The notes beneath the pieces were generated by a model. It saw only the letters and a list, made by a program, of their open reading frames with translations. It did not search any database and had not been told where the DNA came from. From assembly GCA_015680685.1 (NCBI GenBank), contig MNCI01001323.1, positions 6,644 through 70,643 on the forward strand: 64,000 nucleotides of DNA, written 5' to 3'. The DNA is from Gnetum montanum. Its lineage: Eukaryota > Plantae > Gnetophyta. A program made the position numbers and the translations under genes. Within the stretch, counting starts at the first letter, position 1, and each line of letters opens with the position of its first letter. This document shows positions 12,576-24,692 of this stretch, piece after piece.

Positions 12576-13619
12576 ATTTGTGGTAAATATAGAATGGACT
12601 ACATCCACAAAACACATATGTTTACTATAAATAGCAAATAAGATTTTGTGACTATAGTAGAGGTGGTAGAAAATGGGACAAGGGTTGGGAATTATAGAAA
12701 TGATGTGATCTATCAAAAAGTGTTGTGACTAGTGGTGAATGCTATCTACATTGATTGTTGTTGACTTGAAATGAATATGCTAGGTATTGTTGAAAAACTA
12801 GAAATTTCAACAATCCCACCATTGAACTTCTGCTGGGTCTTGGTGGTGACTATGTTGGCTATAGCTACTGTGACTACTGAATGTGTAGTTCTAGTCACTA
12901 TTGTAAATGGATCTAGCATAGTTGGGGCTATACCATTGTCATTTTTTATCATTTCAAAGGCATTTTTAACTTTCCCAAGCCCAGATATGGACATGGGGTA
13001 CCTATTACTACTTGGAAAACAAGAAAATAACAACTTTTGAAAAAAAAATATTGGCTCCAAAAATTTGAAGTATGCAAGATTGTAGCTCATGAACTACATA
13101 TCTCACATTTACAATGAGTCCTTATCCCAAGTTAGAAAAAAAAGGTTGCAACATGAAATTTTGATGGTGTTTCATTAGCCCCTCTTTGTTAATGTTTGAA
13201 CAATTAACCCAAGAGACATTGACAGAGAATACAAATACCATTGTAGGTCCATCACAAATGTTCCCTCTTTGTGCTTTATCTAGTAGTGTAGAACCATGCC
13301 CAAGAATACTTATGATGATGAGATAAGGCTATGATGAGAAAATAGCAAAGACGTCATCAGAAGATGGTTATGATGGCTAACAATGCATTCCAAATGTTAT
13401 AATCATGGCTATAGTATGGTACTAACATGTTTTGAAGTGTTGGTCACTCAATAAATACATTTGAGGGACAAATTACTTCTCTCTAAGGTTTCTATGATTG
13501 TTTGGCTTTGAGGCTTTACTAGCCATCTAGCTTCTTGGTAGTTTTCTTTCTCCCATTTTTTTTTCTTTGTGGGGTGAAGCCTCCATTGGGTTTTATTGCC
13601 AGGGCCAATTTGATATAGT

Positions 13620-13792
13620 TTTCCTATTGAGTGAGTTTTGTTACACTCAATAGCCTTAGTAGTTTTTCCCATCAAGTGAGATGCATTATGCTCGATGGAC
13701 TTAATGGTTTTCCCACTGAACAAGATGTGTTATGTTTGGTGGACTTCACTCTTTTCCACTATATGAAGTGTATTATATTCAAGTGGACTTGA
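13620..13792. repeat. 4 x ~44-bp tandem repeat in the 3'UTR of element C
   Basis: Units begin TTCC(C/T)A at ~13621, 13666, 13710 and 13753 and end (G)GACTT or GCCTT. Confidence 0.75.
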
Positions 13793-14272
13793 GGATGGAG
13801 ACATAGGTCATCATTGTACTTCAAGGTATGGAAGGTTATAATCAAGTTACAAGGTTGGGCTAAAGGAGTGGTACTAGATGGAAGGAAAATGGTACAAGCA
13901 CTCTTAACAAAGGAGGAAAAACTCACCAAATCTTCCACATCTAGGTCACATAGTGACTTAATACCATAATGAGTTGTACCTTTATGACGATCAAAGACTT
14001 CATCCTACAAACATAACTCCAAGAGGACAAGAAAAACAAGCAAATAAGTCACATTCTCACAATGAAGTACATAAGGCCACATAGAATAATGCAATAGATT
14101 TGGTTATCAAAGATCATCAATTTTGCTAGTTTAAGGCCCTAGCAGGCTATCGTGTTAGTTTACCATCTTAGTAGACCATGGTACCAGTTTAAGGCCTCAA
14201 TAGGTCATGGGTCCACTAGTTCTAGGCCTTGGTAGTCCATGGAAAGTAGGCTTTCTTGTTGGTTATTGTCAG

Positions 14273-15348
14273 TTACATGTAATATGGTTTTATATAGAAG
14301 TGATTGATTGAATTAGCCAACACATTTTCATTCACATTTTCTATCTTGAATGCTCCATTACCATAGGCCCTGGTGACAAGGAAGGATCCTTCCCAATTGG
14401 TTAAGAATTTATCCACATGTTCACAGATGCCTTTAAGAACTAGGCCACCTTCCTTGATCTTTCATATTGTTAAGTTATGGTGGTGCTATCATTTCTCCCT
14501 CTCTTAATATTTTTTGATGTGAGTAAGAGCTTACATACATTGCTTCTCCACGAAGTCTAGGACTACTGCTTGCAATTCCTTGTTCTGCTCATTGTTGATG
14601 AAGTCAGTCAATGCTACTTAGAGTGATGGCACTTGCAATTCAAGAGGTAAGATAACTTCAGAAACATAAACTAGGCTATAAGGGGTTACACCAGTTGCTA
14701 TGTGATAGGTTGTTCTATAGGCCCATAATGCATGGACAAGCTACCCATGCCATTGGCACTTGTTGTTGTTTAGCATATTCCAAAGCAAGTTGATAATGGC
14801 CTTGTTGCTCGCTTCTACTTATCCATTTTCTTGAGGGTAATAAGGTGATGAGATAGAATGCTTAATGCCTAGGTCATGATAGAAATCTTTAGTTTCTTGG
14901 CTACTAAAATTTTGTTCATTTTCTATAACTATGGTCATGGGTATACCAAAATGGGCTACAATGTTATCCAAGATAAATTTGTAGAATTGTTTAGATGTAG
15001 TCTTCCTTAGGGAATAGCTTCAACCCACTTAGTAAAGTATTTGATTGCAATAATGATGAAGTTGTGCCATGCAAAAGACTTAGGCGTTATAGGTTCAATG
15101 ATATTCAATTCCCGTCATTGGAATGACCAAGTTATTTGAGTGGTATGAAACTCATTTGGTAGTACATGTATGAGGCTACTATGTTGTTGGCATGTGTCAT
15201 AGCACTTAATATTATCACCTTGCATTTGGAACTAGTAATAGCCTAACCATCTAATCTTAGTATCCATGGCTCTAGGTTTGATATGTCCCTCACAAACAAC
15301 TTCATGAACCTCCTCTAGGACTATTCTAGCTTTAGTTTCACCCAAGCA
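14273..15348 (-). pseudogene. Degenerate gypsy integrase (element C)
   Basis: H/C zinc region, rve core (IKYFTKWVEA, SPYYPQENG) and C-terminal PNWEGSFLVTRAYGNGAF...IKPYYM*. Confidence 0.9.
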
Positions 15349-15837
15349 TGAAACACCACAAAAATTTTCATGTTATAGTCAATTTTCATCATGTAGCTTT
15401 CACCCCATGAAACTCGAGGCAAAACTTCATTATAAATGTAAATATTGTAACCCACAATGGAGCAATTTCACATACCTTATACTTTTGGGGCTGAAAAATG
15501 CCTCATAAGTTGTAAAGCATCATTCCCCAAGTGAAAAATCTCACTTAGTGTCTATATTTATCCTTGGGGTGTCAAAAATCCATTTTGGAATACCCAAAAG
15601 GAAATTTGATGGGTTTTGTGGGGGTACATATTTTTCTATGCTAAAAACACTTGTAGGGGGTAAATCTTACCTACCCTTAATGTGTATAGGTGGGGGTTTT
15701 CCCCTAAGCTTGGAAACTTTCCCCCCAATGTGGAGACTACATGCTTAGCTTGGAAACCTTCCCCCTTAGTATGGAAGTTCCCCCACATCATGGAGGCTCC
15801 ACCCCTAGTGTGGAAATTGCATCCCCCAATGTGGAAT
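15349..15837 (+). repeat. Truncated LTR (U3 part) of the same Tat family, inserted into the element C pol
   Basis: Begins TGAAACACCACAAAA and aligns with the reverse complement of 28392-28050. ~21-bp CC(C)AGCGTGGA-derived repeats at 15700-15837. Confidence 0.85.
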
Positions 15838-16205
15838 AAGTTGATTAATGTTAGGTAAATGAAAGTCATTCTTGAGAGTGATCTTTTTTAAGATCTCAAA
15901 AGTTCATACATATATGAATGCCACTACTCTTCTTGGAAACTAAAACAATGTTATATACCCAATCAGAATAGTTGAAAGAATGGATAAATCCAACACTGTA
16001 GAGTTTCCTTATATCTTCTTTAATAGCAAGGGCTATAGTGGGATGAATTTCCCTAATCTTTTCCTTAATAGGTTTGTAAACTTCTTTCAAGATGATGTTA
16101 TGTTAAACCAACTTTGGGTCTAGATCATACATGTCACTATATCCCCAAGTAAAACCAATTAAATGTTTTTACAGGGTTGCTAGGATGAACATCCAAAGAT
16201 CTTAG
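15838..16205 (-). pseudogene. RT N-terminal remnant (element C)
   Basis: ORF 15896-16090 (YSDWVYNIVLVSKKSSGIHICMNF) followed by NDFHLPNINQL, then truncated. Confidence 0.85.
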
Positions 16206-16215
16206 GAAAGAAAAG

Positions 16216-19166
16216 TGTTGGCGACCGTTTGGGACGCGACTGCCAACAAGTTTCCTCGAACAGGATTTAGGTGCCTGTTGGTCTCTGGCAACACCAATGC
16301 CCAAAAACCTCCAAATAAACTCAGTAGTTAATGTGAGTATGTGTGTGTGCTATTGCAGCATGCGGTTGTGAGAAATGTAACGATTGCGTTGTATGTGACT
16401 ACAAATGACTTACTTTAAAGAGATTCAGCCAACTTTGCCAAGTACTGTGAGTTATTGAAAATTTTCTATTTTGTTCAACTGCCTAGTCTATGCGGTCCTT
16501 ATAATACCTGCTTGTAATAAATAAAATTTTGCAAAAAAATTTGAGCACAACTCCACAATCTACTCCTAATTTTCCCCAGAGAAAGAGATAGTTCCACAAG
16601 AAAACTAGAAATAGAGCAAGATTCGATGGAAATAAGCAGAAAAGAAAAGAAAGTAGATTTGTGTAGACCTCAAATATTTCAACAAGGTAAAATGGCATGA
16701 GTAAACACTTCGCAATAAAGCTATCCCAAATTCAATATCTACGAATTGATCAAACTTCCAAGGCTCAAACAAGCAATTTCTTCATGACAATACTACTATG
16801 CTACCAAAAATTGTTGCGTAAAATACCACATACGAGACTCCATTTGACTAGATAATAGATGTTAATGATTGCATTCAAACATAACCTTTAAAAGACTTGA
16901 TAATTTCTGATTGAAATACCATGGGAATTCACTTTAAAGATAAAAAGAAGCTATTCTGGTCCCATCAAAATACCAAAGATTTTCTGAACCCTCTTGACTA
17001 CTGAATTGTTCAACGGTGTGACTACAAACAGAGTCTCTCTTACAACAATCCCAATATCAATTCCCATACGTTGCACAATAACGAAATTTACTACTAAAAT
17101 GCTCTTAAGGCTTTTAAACACAAGCGCTTCTATGGCAAAATTTTAATAGAAATTTCTATCAGGAAACAAGAACAGTAAGAGCAATCTAAAAATTCCAAAA
17201 TTACTTGCCAAGGATGATACTATCTAAACCACTAGCTAAGAAATTTAAACAAAATAAAAAATGAAATACATAACTCACAGGACTATGACAAAGAGGCTGA
17301 AATCTTTTCTCTAGCAAGCCATCTTACAAGCAATCGTTCCCAGTTTCTTCTTTACAAAGCTCTTCTCAAGATCCCAAAGTGTGTCTTCAAGTGAGAGCCC
17401 AAGTGCTAACTAGTAGCCTTACAAAGTGTGATGTATGAGACCTCCAAAAATCTTCAAAGTGATCCCCCCCTTTCTCCTCCTTGACCCCTGAAGCCTTTTT
17501 ATAGGGTTCAAAGGTAGGTAGGGAAGTTACATTTTCAAAAATATCTCACCTAACTTTTCTCCCAAGTAACTTGGCCAACCAATTAGAAGATTACTTGCCT
17601 AAAACGTTAGGAGGTTACTTGCCCAACAAGTTAGGTAAGTTACAAAAAAATCTTGGATGGTTGTAACCACCATAGATAAAAAGGTTGCAGCTGATAAGTA
17701 TCCAGTTCATGTATGACATTAGGTAAATATCCCATGAATTTTTGTCTTTGAATATATTTTTATATAGAGGTATCCAATATTCGAATACCAAAATACCAAA
17801 TTATATTCAAACGAATTGAATTAGGGAATGGCCGATGAAAGAAAATATACTTTTATAAAGAAAATATAATTTTCCAAAGCTATCAGTATGCAGTTAAACT
17901 AACTGCCCGATAGCTTTTCCTATGCGTAGCCCATCTCCGTAGCTTATGCTCCGCTCCACCGAACTTGTCTCGTCCACTATTTCGTTGCCACTGCTCTACC
18001 TTGGACTGGCCTGAGGTCTTCTTTTCCAGCTTGTACGCGATTGCCGCCGCCGTTGGTTCGTTGCTGATGTCGTTGTAGCCCTCTTCGCATCCAAATACAC
18101 GGCCCGATTGGCCAATACTGCTGATGCCACTGTTTAAAAGTTACTACCGCTGCTCTACTACTGCCATCTCCACATCTTTTGTGTTCGCCATGGCTGTGTG
18201 TCATGCTGGTGCTGCTGAATCATTGAAGGACCAAGTTGTCTGATAGAAACTTTCATACCCGATCCCTGACATCCAAGACATTTTGTAGTCGTGCCCAATT
18301 TTGATCCCTTGCCTTTGCATTTAGGACATAGCACATTTCGGGAGAGAGACAGCTTCTTGGTTGAACCATTGTAGAGATCTTCTCAAGAAACCTTCAAAGG
18401 ATGCATAAGATCTTCCCCTCTGCGCTGCCTTGAACGCCCTTTACCGCTGCTACCTCCAAACGGATTTCCACCAAAGAATGATGAAAATATGTCAAACGGG
18501 TCATGGGAAGGGCCACCGCCCATACCTTCTTTGAGCGCGTCCTCACCATACCGATCATAAATTCCCCTCTTTTTAGGATCACTCAGCACTTGATATGCCT
18601 GTGCAAGTTCCTTGAACTTTTCAGGATCCCCTCCCTTGTCAAAGTGATTCTTGATGGTGGCCTTGCGGTAGGCCTTCTTGAGCTCATCCACGCTTGCGTT
18701 TTTTTTTGTGTTAACGGCTATTTTACCAGTTGAGGCTTGCACCAAAGTTACACATCTAAAACATGCCAATCGGCAAAGGAGAGGAATCTGACATTCACTA
18801 TTTTGAACGTGTTTGTATATACGTGGCTCTTGAGAAGGCGGAAGGTTGTTGGGCGTAAAATAAATTTGCAAAGGTTTAAACACTTCTACCTACATCGCTG
18901 TTCCCATGGAAGGTTTATTACATCCAAAGATACATAAGATCTAGATTATAAGAATTTTTTTTATTTGAAAGAAATATTTTTGCTAAACTACTGATCTTGG
19001 GTGGTTAGCCAACTTCCACTTGCTGTCTTAGGCACACCTGATCTTTCCTTCATGTTGATTCAAATTTTTCTTAGTAATTACTTTTACTATTCCATGAAAT
19101 GGCCTAAATGTGCCAAAAATTAGGAAGGTAGGAAATTACAATAGGTGAGTGAGAAGTATTTCTACA
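16216..19166 (-). mobile_element. Younger ~3-kb LTR-like insertion (D) carrying a captured gene fragment
   Basis: TG (16216)...CA (19166) termini, minus-strand TATA CTATAAAAAG at ~17495-17504 with upstream GTTAC/GTAAC repeats, and much higher CpG retention than the flanks. TSD not recognisable; right boundary uncertain. Confidence 0.5.
18212..18703 (-). pseudogene. Processed (intronless) fragment of a cytosolic type-I DnaJ/Hsp40 (ATJ2/ATJ3-like)
   Basis: KNASVDELKKAYRKATIKNHFDKGGDPEKFKELAQAYQVLSDPKKR..YGEDALKEGMGGG..DPFDIF..RQRRGEDLMHPLKVS*EDLYNGSTKKLSLSRNVLCPKCKGKGSK..CLGCQGSGMKVSIRQLGPSMIQQ. HPD is changed to HFD, there is one stop, and both ends are truncated. Confidence 0.95.
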
Positions 19167-21102
19167 AATTGATGCTAGTACTTCTGGCCTCATTTATAAC
19201 CCCAAGCCACTCATCTTGTCGAGGATAGACCCAAGTTCAATTGTCACCCCTAGATCCCATACCAATGGTATGAAATAACACATTTACATCTTCCCACTCT
19301 TACAATAATGTTTACGATGAGTCTTATTGTTCCATGAAATGGCCAAAATGTGCCAATAGAACGAACTAAGTTAAAGAGTCTTTTGTTCACCCTTACGACT
19401 TAGTACATGGACATTGATCAGTTGATCATTGACCAGAAGAGGCTCTTAACCAAGAATAGAGAGTTCTAACTAAGGTAGAAGTTGATCCTCCATAATATCT
19501 AAAATCAATATAAGAGAAGCTAGATTTGATGCTAAGTCAACCATAGAAGACTATAGAGTCCTACGTACTTGGTTTGTAGGGTGACTCAAATTCAAAAGTT
19601 AAAGCATAGACTCTACACTTGTAGCCCTATTCATCTACACTAGAATCAAAGGTCAAATTTACCATCCAAGATAAAACATCAAAATTTAACCTAAGTGATG
19701 TTAAAAGCTAGTAGACATCAAAAGTCTTAAAGTGTGATTCATTTCTAAGCTATAAAAGAGACAACAAAGGAAAAGTTAGATACAAAAGCTTTCATTCACA
19801 TCAAAAGCATTAAAGAATCAATGCATGAGCAAGTGAAAGTAATAGCAAAGAAAACGTTCAAAAATAATATGACAAGGAATAGTAGCAGTAGATAGGGGAC
19901 CAATGCATCCACTAGTAGTAGTGAGTTTTCCCAACCCTACTTACTCTCTTCAAAAGATTAGATGTAAGTCATCCAAACTATAGGTAGGAATTTTTATTAA
20001 GCTTTACTAATCCTATAGTTTTAATGTTATGGCTATGCTTTAGTTTCAAATTTTTGGAAGATTTTTCTAACTAGATGCAATGCTAGGCTTGATTTTAACA
20101 TCATGTATCAATTTAGATAATTTTTAATTTATGATTAAGCTTGTAGTTTTATTCTTTTGTGGGGATTAACAACCCTATCATATAGTTTGAGTTTTGAGCA
20201 TTTTCCAGATCTACTACTAGAAATCAAATGCATGCATTAATTTTGTAGTTTATCTCACTGATATGTTGAAAACATGTCAAAATATAGGTTTTATAGCACA
20301 TTTTCATGATTACATTGAGTAAATTCATAAATCTAATGTTTTTCTTATAGTATATTGAGCTGCAACATATCTATGGGAAAGAAGTTTTGCGATTTTTATG
20401 TTATTATAGCCTAAATCTATCAGATGCATTAGATAGTATAAGTAGAAATGAATCAAAATCAATGTTTTTCATTAGTAAATTTATAACCATTTTTGAAAAT
20501 TTTTAAAATAAGTGATTTTGGGGGTTTTTCCATGAAGAAAACAATGTGGGAAGAACACAACATGAGGTTTCAACATAAGAGCATTGTTGCCAAGAACTTA
20601 AGTATTGGAAATGAAGAAGACAATGTCATGCATCAGAATTTTTTTGCGATATGGAATGCCAAGTATTTAATCATGAGAATGAAACATGTTTTTCAAACAT
20701 AATGTATAACATAGATTGAATCTCTATGTTAAAAGAAGCAATGTAAAATATTATAGTTGTAGACATTTTTACTAAACATCTTATTTTAACTTAATGCCTT
20801 ACGTTAATTTGTATTACCATGAAACATAAAAGCTTTGCTACATAAAGTAAAGAAAAATGTTTTAACGTAGATGATTTTACCAAACACCTAAGTATTAGAA
20901 GTATAAGAGTGACATTTTGCATCAAATTTGTTTTCAATGTCAGACATCTAGGTCATGAGCTAGAACTTGACATACCACATAGAAAACTTGGGGTAGTATT
21001 AATATGAGACTAATGTGATTCAAAGATGTTTTGACATTTGGTGAAATTTTTAATGCAAAATTTTCTTTTCAACATTAAAATTGTGTGTTTGTTTTGTTTT
21101 AG

Positions 21103-21580
21103 GAATGCTACAACACATATGCTCCTTGTGAAAAAGCCTATGTACTTTCTTGTGGATGAAAGAAGCATCCTAAAGGATAAGCACATAATGGCAGGTCTAA
21201 TCCCTAGTAAGCTCATTTTTGAGTGCAACACACTAGTTCCATCCAAACTATGGGTAAGGAAGGGAGCTATTGAATTCCTAAAGTTCTACATCACTCACTT
21301 CCACATCGTGATTTGGACCAAGGTAGGCAAAGAGGTGATTCTATGATCTATAGAGGCAATCCTTCTAAGATTCTTCATTAACCTCATAGAATTAATCTTT
21401 AATCTATGATTAGATATCGAAGAGCTATTCAAGGACATCTTGGTCTACAAAAAATTCTTAAACAAGTTGTGGAAGTAGAGAAAGTATTAGAAATTTAGTG
21501 TCAATAGCACATTACTACTGGAAATCCAGATTTCTAGGCAATGTCCAATCCTCCAAGTTCTCAAATTTTTATTGAGATGT
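21103..21580 (+). pseudogene. FCP1/NIF (HAD-family, CTD-phosphatase-like) domain exon of a degenerate spliced accessory gene (~19370-24230)
   Basis: KKPMYFLVDERSIL...LWVRKGAIEFLKFYITHFHIVIWT...LVYKKFLNKLWK...FSVNSTLLLE..(fs)AMSNPPSSQIF matches the NIF pattern LVLDxxGxL/RPGxxEFLxFCxxxFxVxIWS/KxLxKxW/NTLLIDD/NPPxxAIF. A phase-compatible GT-AG intron lies upstream at 19964-21102. Confidence 0.7.
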
Positions 21581-21956
21581 AAGTTAGAGTTTCAAGATTT
21601 AAGAAAATATAATCTTTTATCACCTAAAAGAACTAACCTTAAACATGATTGTTTGGATTCAATGATCCAGATATGTGGAGTCCTAATCATTTAGCATTCT
21701 TGCAGAACTTGTTGCAGAATCTCTACCAGCATCGAAATTGAAGACCTTAAGTGATGTATCATTTCAATGTGTAGTACAAAGGTTTGAGACTGCATAAGTT
21801 CTAGAATGAATATAACAATTGAGGGTAGCTTCATCCATGGTAGAATAAATTCCATGGAAAAAATGTAAAATGAACAAATGGATTAAGGATTATCCTAAGG
21901 CCAAAGGATAAGTAGTAGTTAGTTTATTTTGTATGTATTTTTGTCATTTTTAGAAG

Positions 21957-22054
21957 TTAGATAAAAGAGAGAATTAGATAATAATGGTTTATGCATAATA
22001 ATGGTTTATCTAAAATGCATAAACCATTATTATATAATTCTCTCTTTTATCTAA
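21957..22054. repeat. Near-perfect ~40-bp-arm inverted repeat
   Basis: TTAGATAAAAGAGAGAATTAGATATAATGGTTTATGCAT ... ATGCATAAACCATTATTATATAATTCTCTCTTTTATCTAA. Confidence 0.9.
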
Positions 22055-24692
22055 AATGCGTAATGGAGAAAGTATGCATTTTTCTAACCTCTTCAATTTA
22101 AATATTGATGAAAAAGATCAAGAAAAATAGGAGGGCAAAGATAGAGAAACAAATAAGATACTAGATTTTGAGATCCCTCCTTCACCTCTAGTAGTTGTCA
22201 CTCCACTAGCAAGCAAACTAGTTTTGAGTAATGCAAAGGTTTGTAAGTGGATCATGGAGGAGACTAGTTCCAAGATTTCCATTTCATATTACAAGTGTGA
22301 TTGATGTTACATCAAAAGCTTGTACATTAATTCTAATGATGTTAAAAATACTTAACCATTGTCTTCTCTTTAACCAAGATAAAAAGGAAAATTTTGGGCT
22401 TATTTGAAGGACAAGTAGATGATGCTAATTTGGGCTTATCTGCATGCCTCTTACATTTGAAGATCCCATCAAGGAATTTGAATATCTTGAAGGTACAACT
22501 CAGGAAATGTATAACATGCTATGTAACAAAATTATCTCTTTTCAAAACTTGTGCATGAAAATGAAAATATATTTACATAGAATAAAGGAATAAATAACTA
22601 AACTTAACACTAAATACTTTACTCTTAAAAGGAAGAACTTAGACCTAAAGGTTGAGGTTCAAAATCTAATCCTATCTGATGAGCAAATAAGCAAGGAATT
22701 AGCAAGTGTAAGGCTTAGTAATGAAAATATTACTAAAGATAAGGAGATGCCACAAGTTATGCAAGGAAAAGAAAGAGATCATCATAAAAAAATAGGAATG
22801 AAAAAGTTTCTCATGCTAATACATCCACAAGAAGTTTACCTAAATGGGAGTACACACCATATTTGAAAAACTAGCAATGAATAAGAAAAATTATGTGCTA
22901 TTACTATAGAAAATTTGGGCCTATAAATTCACATTGTTACTTATAATTAAGAAATTATAATCTAACCACTTGTTCTTATCAAAAGAAGAGTAGAAAGCAT
23001 GTCTTATAGGATAAACGGATTTGGAAACCTAAGGTGAAGAAGCAAGAAGAAGAAATGATCAAACACATTTCTCTTCACTACAACAATGGAGATACAGAAA
23101 ACAATCATAAACAAACACCTTGAATGAGGAAAAATATATAAACAAGAATCCTAATGTCAAAAGAGGTATACATCTAATGACAATAAGGAAGGAACTCTAC
23201 AAAGGAGGACTTCACTATAAACTTACTTAAACAGGTAACTACCTAAAGCAAGCAAGGTAAGTATTGGTATATATGATTGTAACTAGAAATACTCCTTAAC
23301 TTGTATTGCTAGTTATATGGATGCTACCATTTCAGAAATTTTTTATTTGAGCATATGACTTAAACAAAGTATAGGTAAGGTATGTCTCACACTTATGGCT
23401 TTTCTTAGTTAAAATAGGTTAATCATCCTTGGTAGAAACATTCAAGATCCTCTAGTATTTCACACTCATTTTTTACTAGTCCATTTTTGTGTCTCAATAA
23501 CCTTAAGGAAAATATTCAAATCTAGATAGGAAATCTAACTATTTCAAAAATCATGGAAAATATTGAAAGAAATATCTTCTACGTTCATAAGAGAATGGAT
23601 TCAATACATCTTCCACCTCCTCTAGTAAGCTTTAGTTTTTGGAGATTCGAACTCCTCATTGGATGAAAAGTAAATGAGAGCCAGAACCTGCTATAGACTC
23701 TATAGCAACTAGGCCATCTCAACCCTATGACTTAGGAAATACATTAGAATCAAAAGAACTAGTAGGAGCACCAAAACATGCTTAGGGAGAGCCCATCCCT
23801 CACATTTAGTAGCCAATACCATAGGCATTTATGTAGGGGAAGTCTTTTACAAGACTTTTCAAATGACTCTAGAGTGATAATGCACCACATTCATTTGAGC
23901 ATCATGCCATGAATAAAATTTTTGATGTAGTAGCATAGTGGGAACAAGTTGTTCCCAAAACTTATTAGCCTCAAGATACTCCATCATCCTCCAAGTAGGC
24001 TCCATTTCATGATTGTCCTCCTCCATCCACCCACTTTCAGATGAAGCTTCATCCTAGATGAGTACCAATTTCAGTGACTTCTAATGATGATGATGATGAC
24101 ATTTAGTAGATCTCCCACTATAGTACCAATAGTGATGATGATGAGGAAGAGACTATAGGCATACCCATGATTCATCTAATTAAAATGATGACACTAAGGT
24201 TAGTGGTTAATGAGACAGTGAAGGTTCCCTTTTGGGTGCTATCCAAAAGTGGGGAGAGTTTTTATGCTTGATCATAATGATTGATGACTCACAGTTTCAA
24301 TATCTATATTTTTTGGTTTTTAGCATTTGTATTTTTTGGAGACCACATGACTATTATTACATGGCTATGATTATATGGTGTTAATGATTTTATGAACATT
24401 TTTAATTTTTGTATTTTTGCATCTATTATAAGAATATAAAGTTTATGGGATACATTTCATAAACAAATATTTAGCAAACATTTGATGTGACTTATTTTTG
24501 TCAGCTCTAGAAACCATTGCTAATGGATGTATGACTATTAACTTTTAATCTAGCCTCATTTTCCATCCTTGCTACCATAGGAAATCTATTGTTTTATCTA
24601 AGCATGATTAGTTCTATATTAAAAATTATATCTATGCATATTTTATGCTAACCCATTATTCAAGTTTTTGGCATCATCAAAAAGGGGAAGAT

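Larger units (their letters stand above)
10651..16205 (-). mobile_element. Tat-family element C: 3' LTR, 3'UTR, integrase and RT N-terminus; internally deleted and interrupted
   Basis: PPT AAAGAGGGGCTAA then TGAAACACCATC at 13174 (minus). LTR U5 motif AAAATGGGATTCAAGGTGCC at ~10743. The terminus TGTTGGTGCC at 10651 resembles TGTTGTGACC at 26688. Confidence 0.75.

Noticed and set aside
18383-18883. Functional 166-aa DnaJ CDS
   Set aside because: The N-terminal ~60 aa are unrelated, HPD is mutated, and homology continues past an in-frame stop and then truncates.
20620-20900. Copia RNase H remnant (MRMKHV..VDIFTKHL)
   Set aside because: Weak match, the motif occurs twice, and it lies within a phase-consistent predicted intron (19964-21102). 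Not called, though not excluded.
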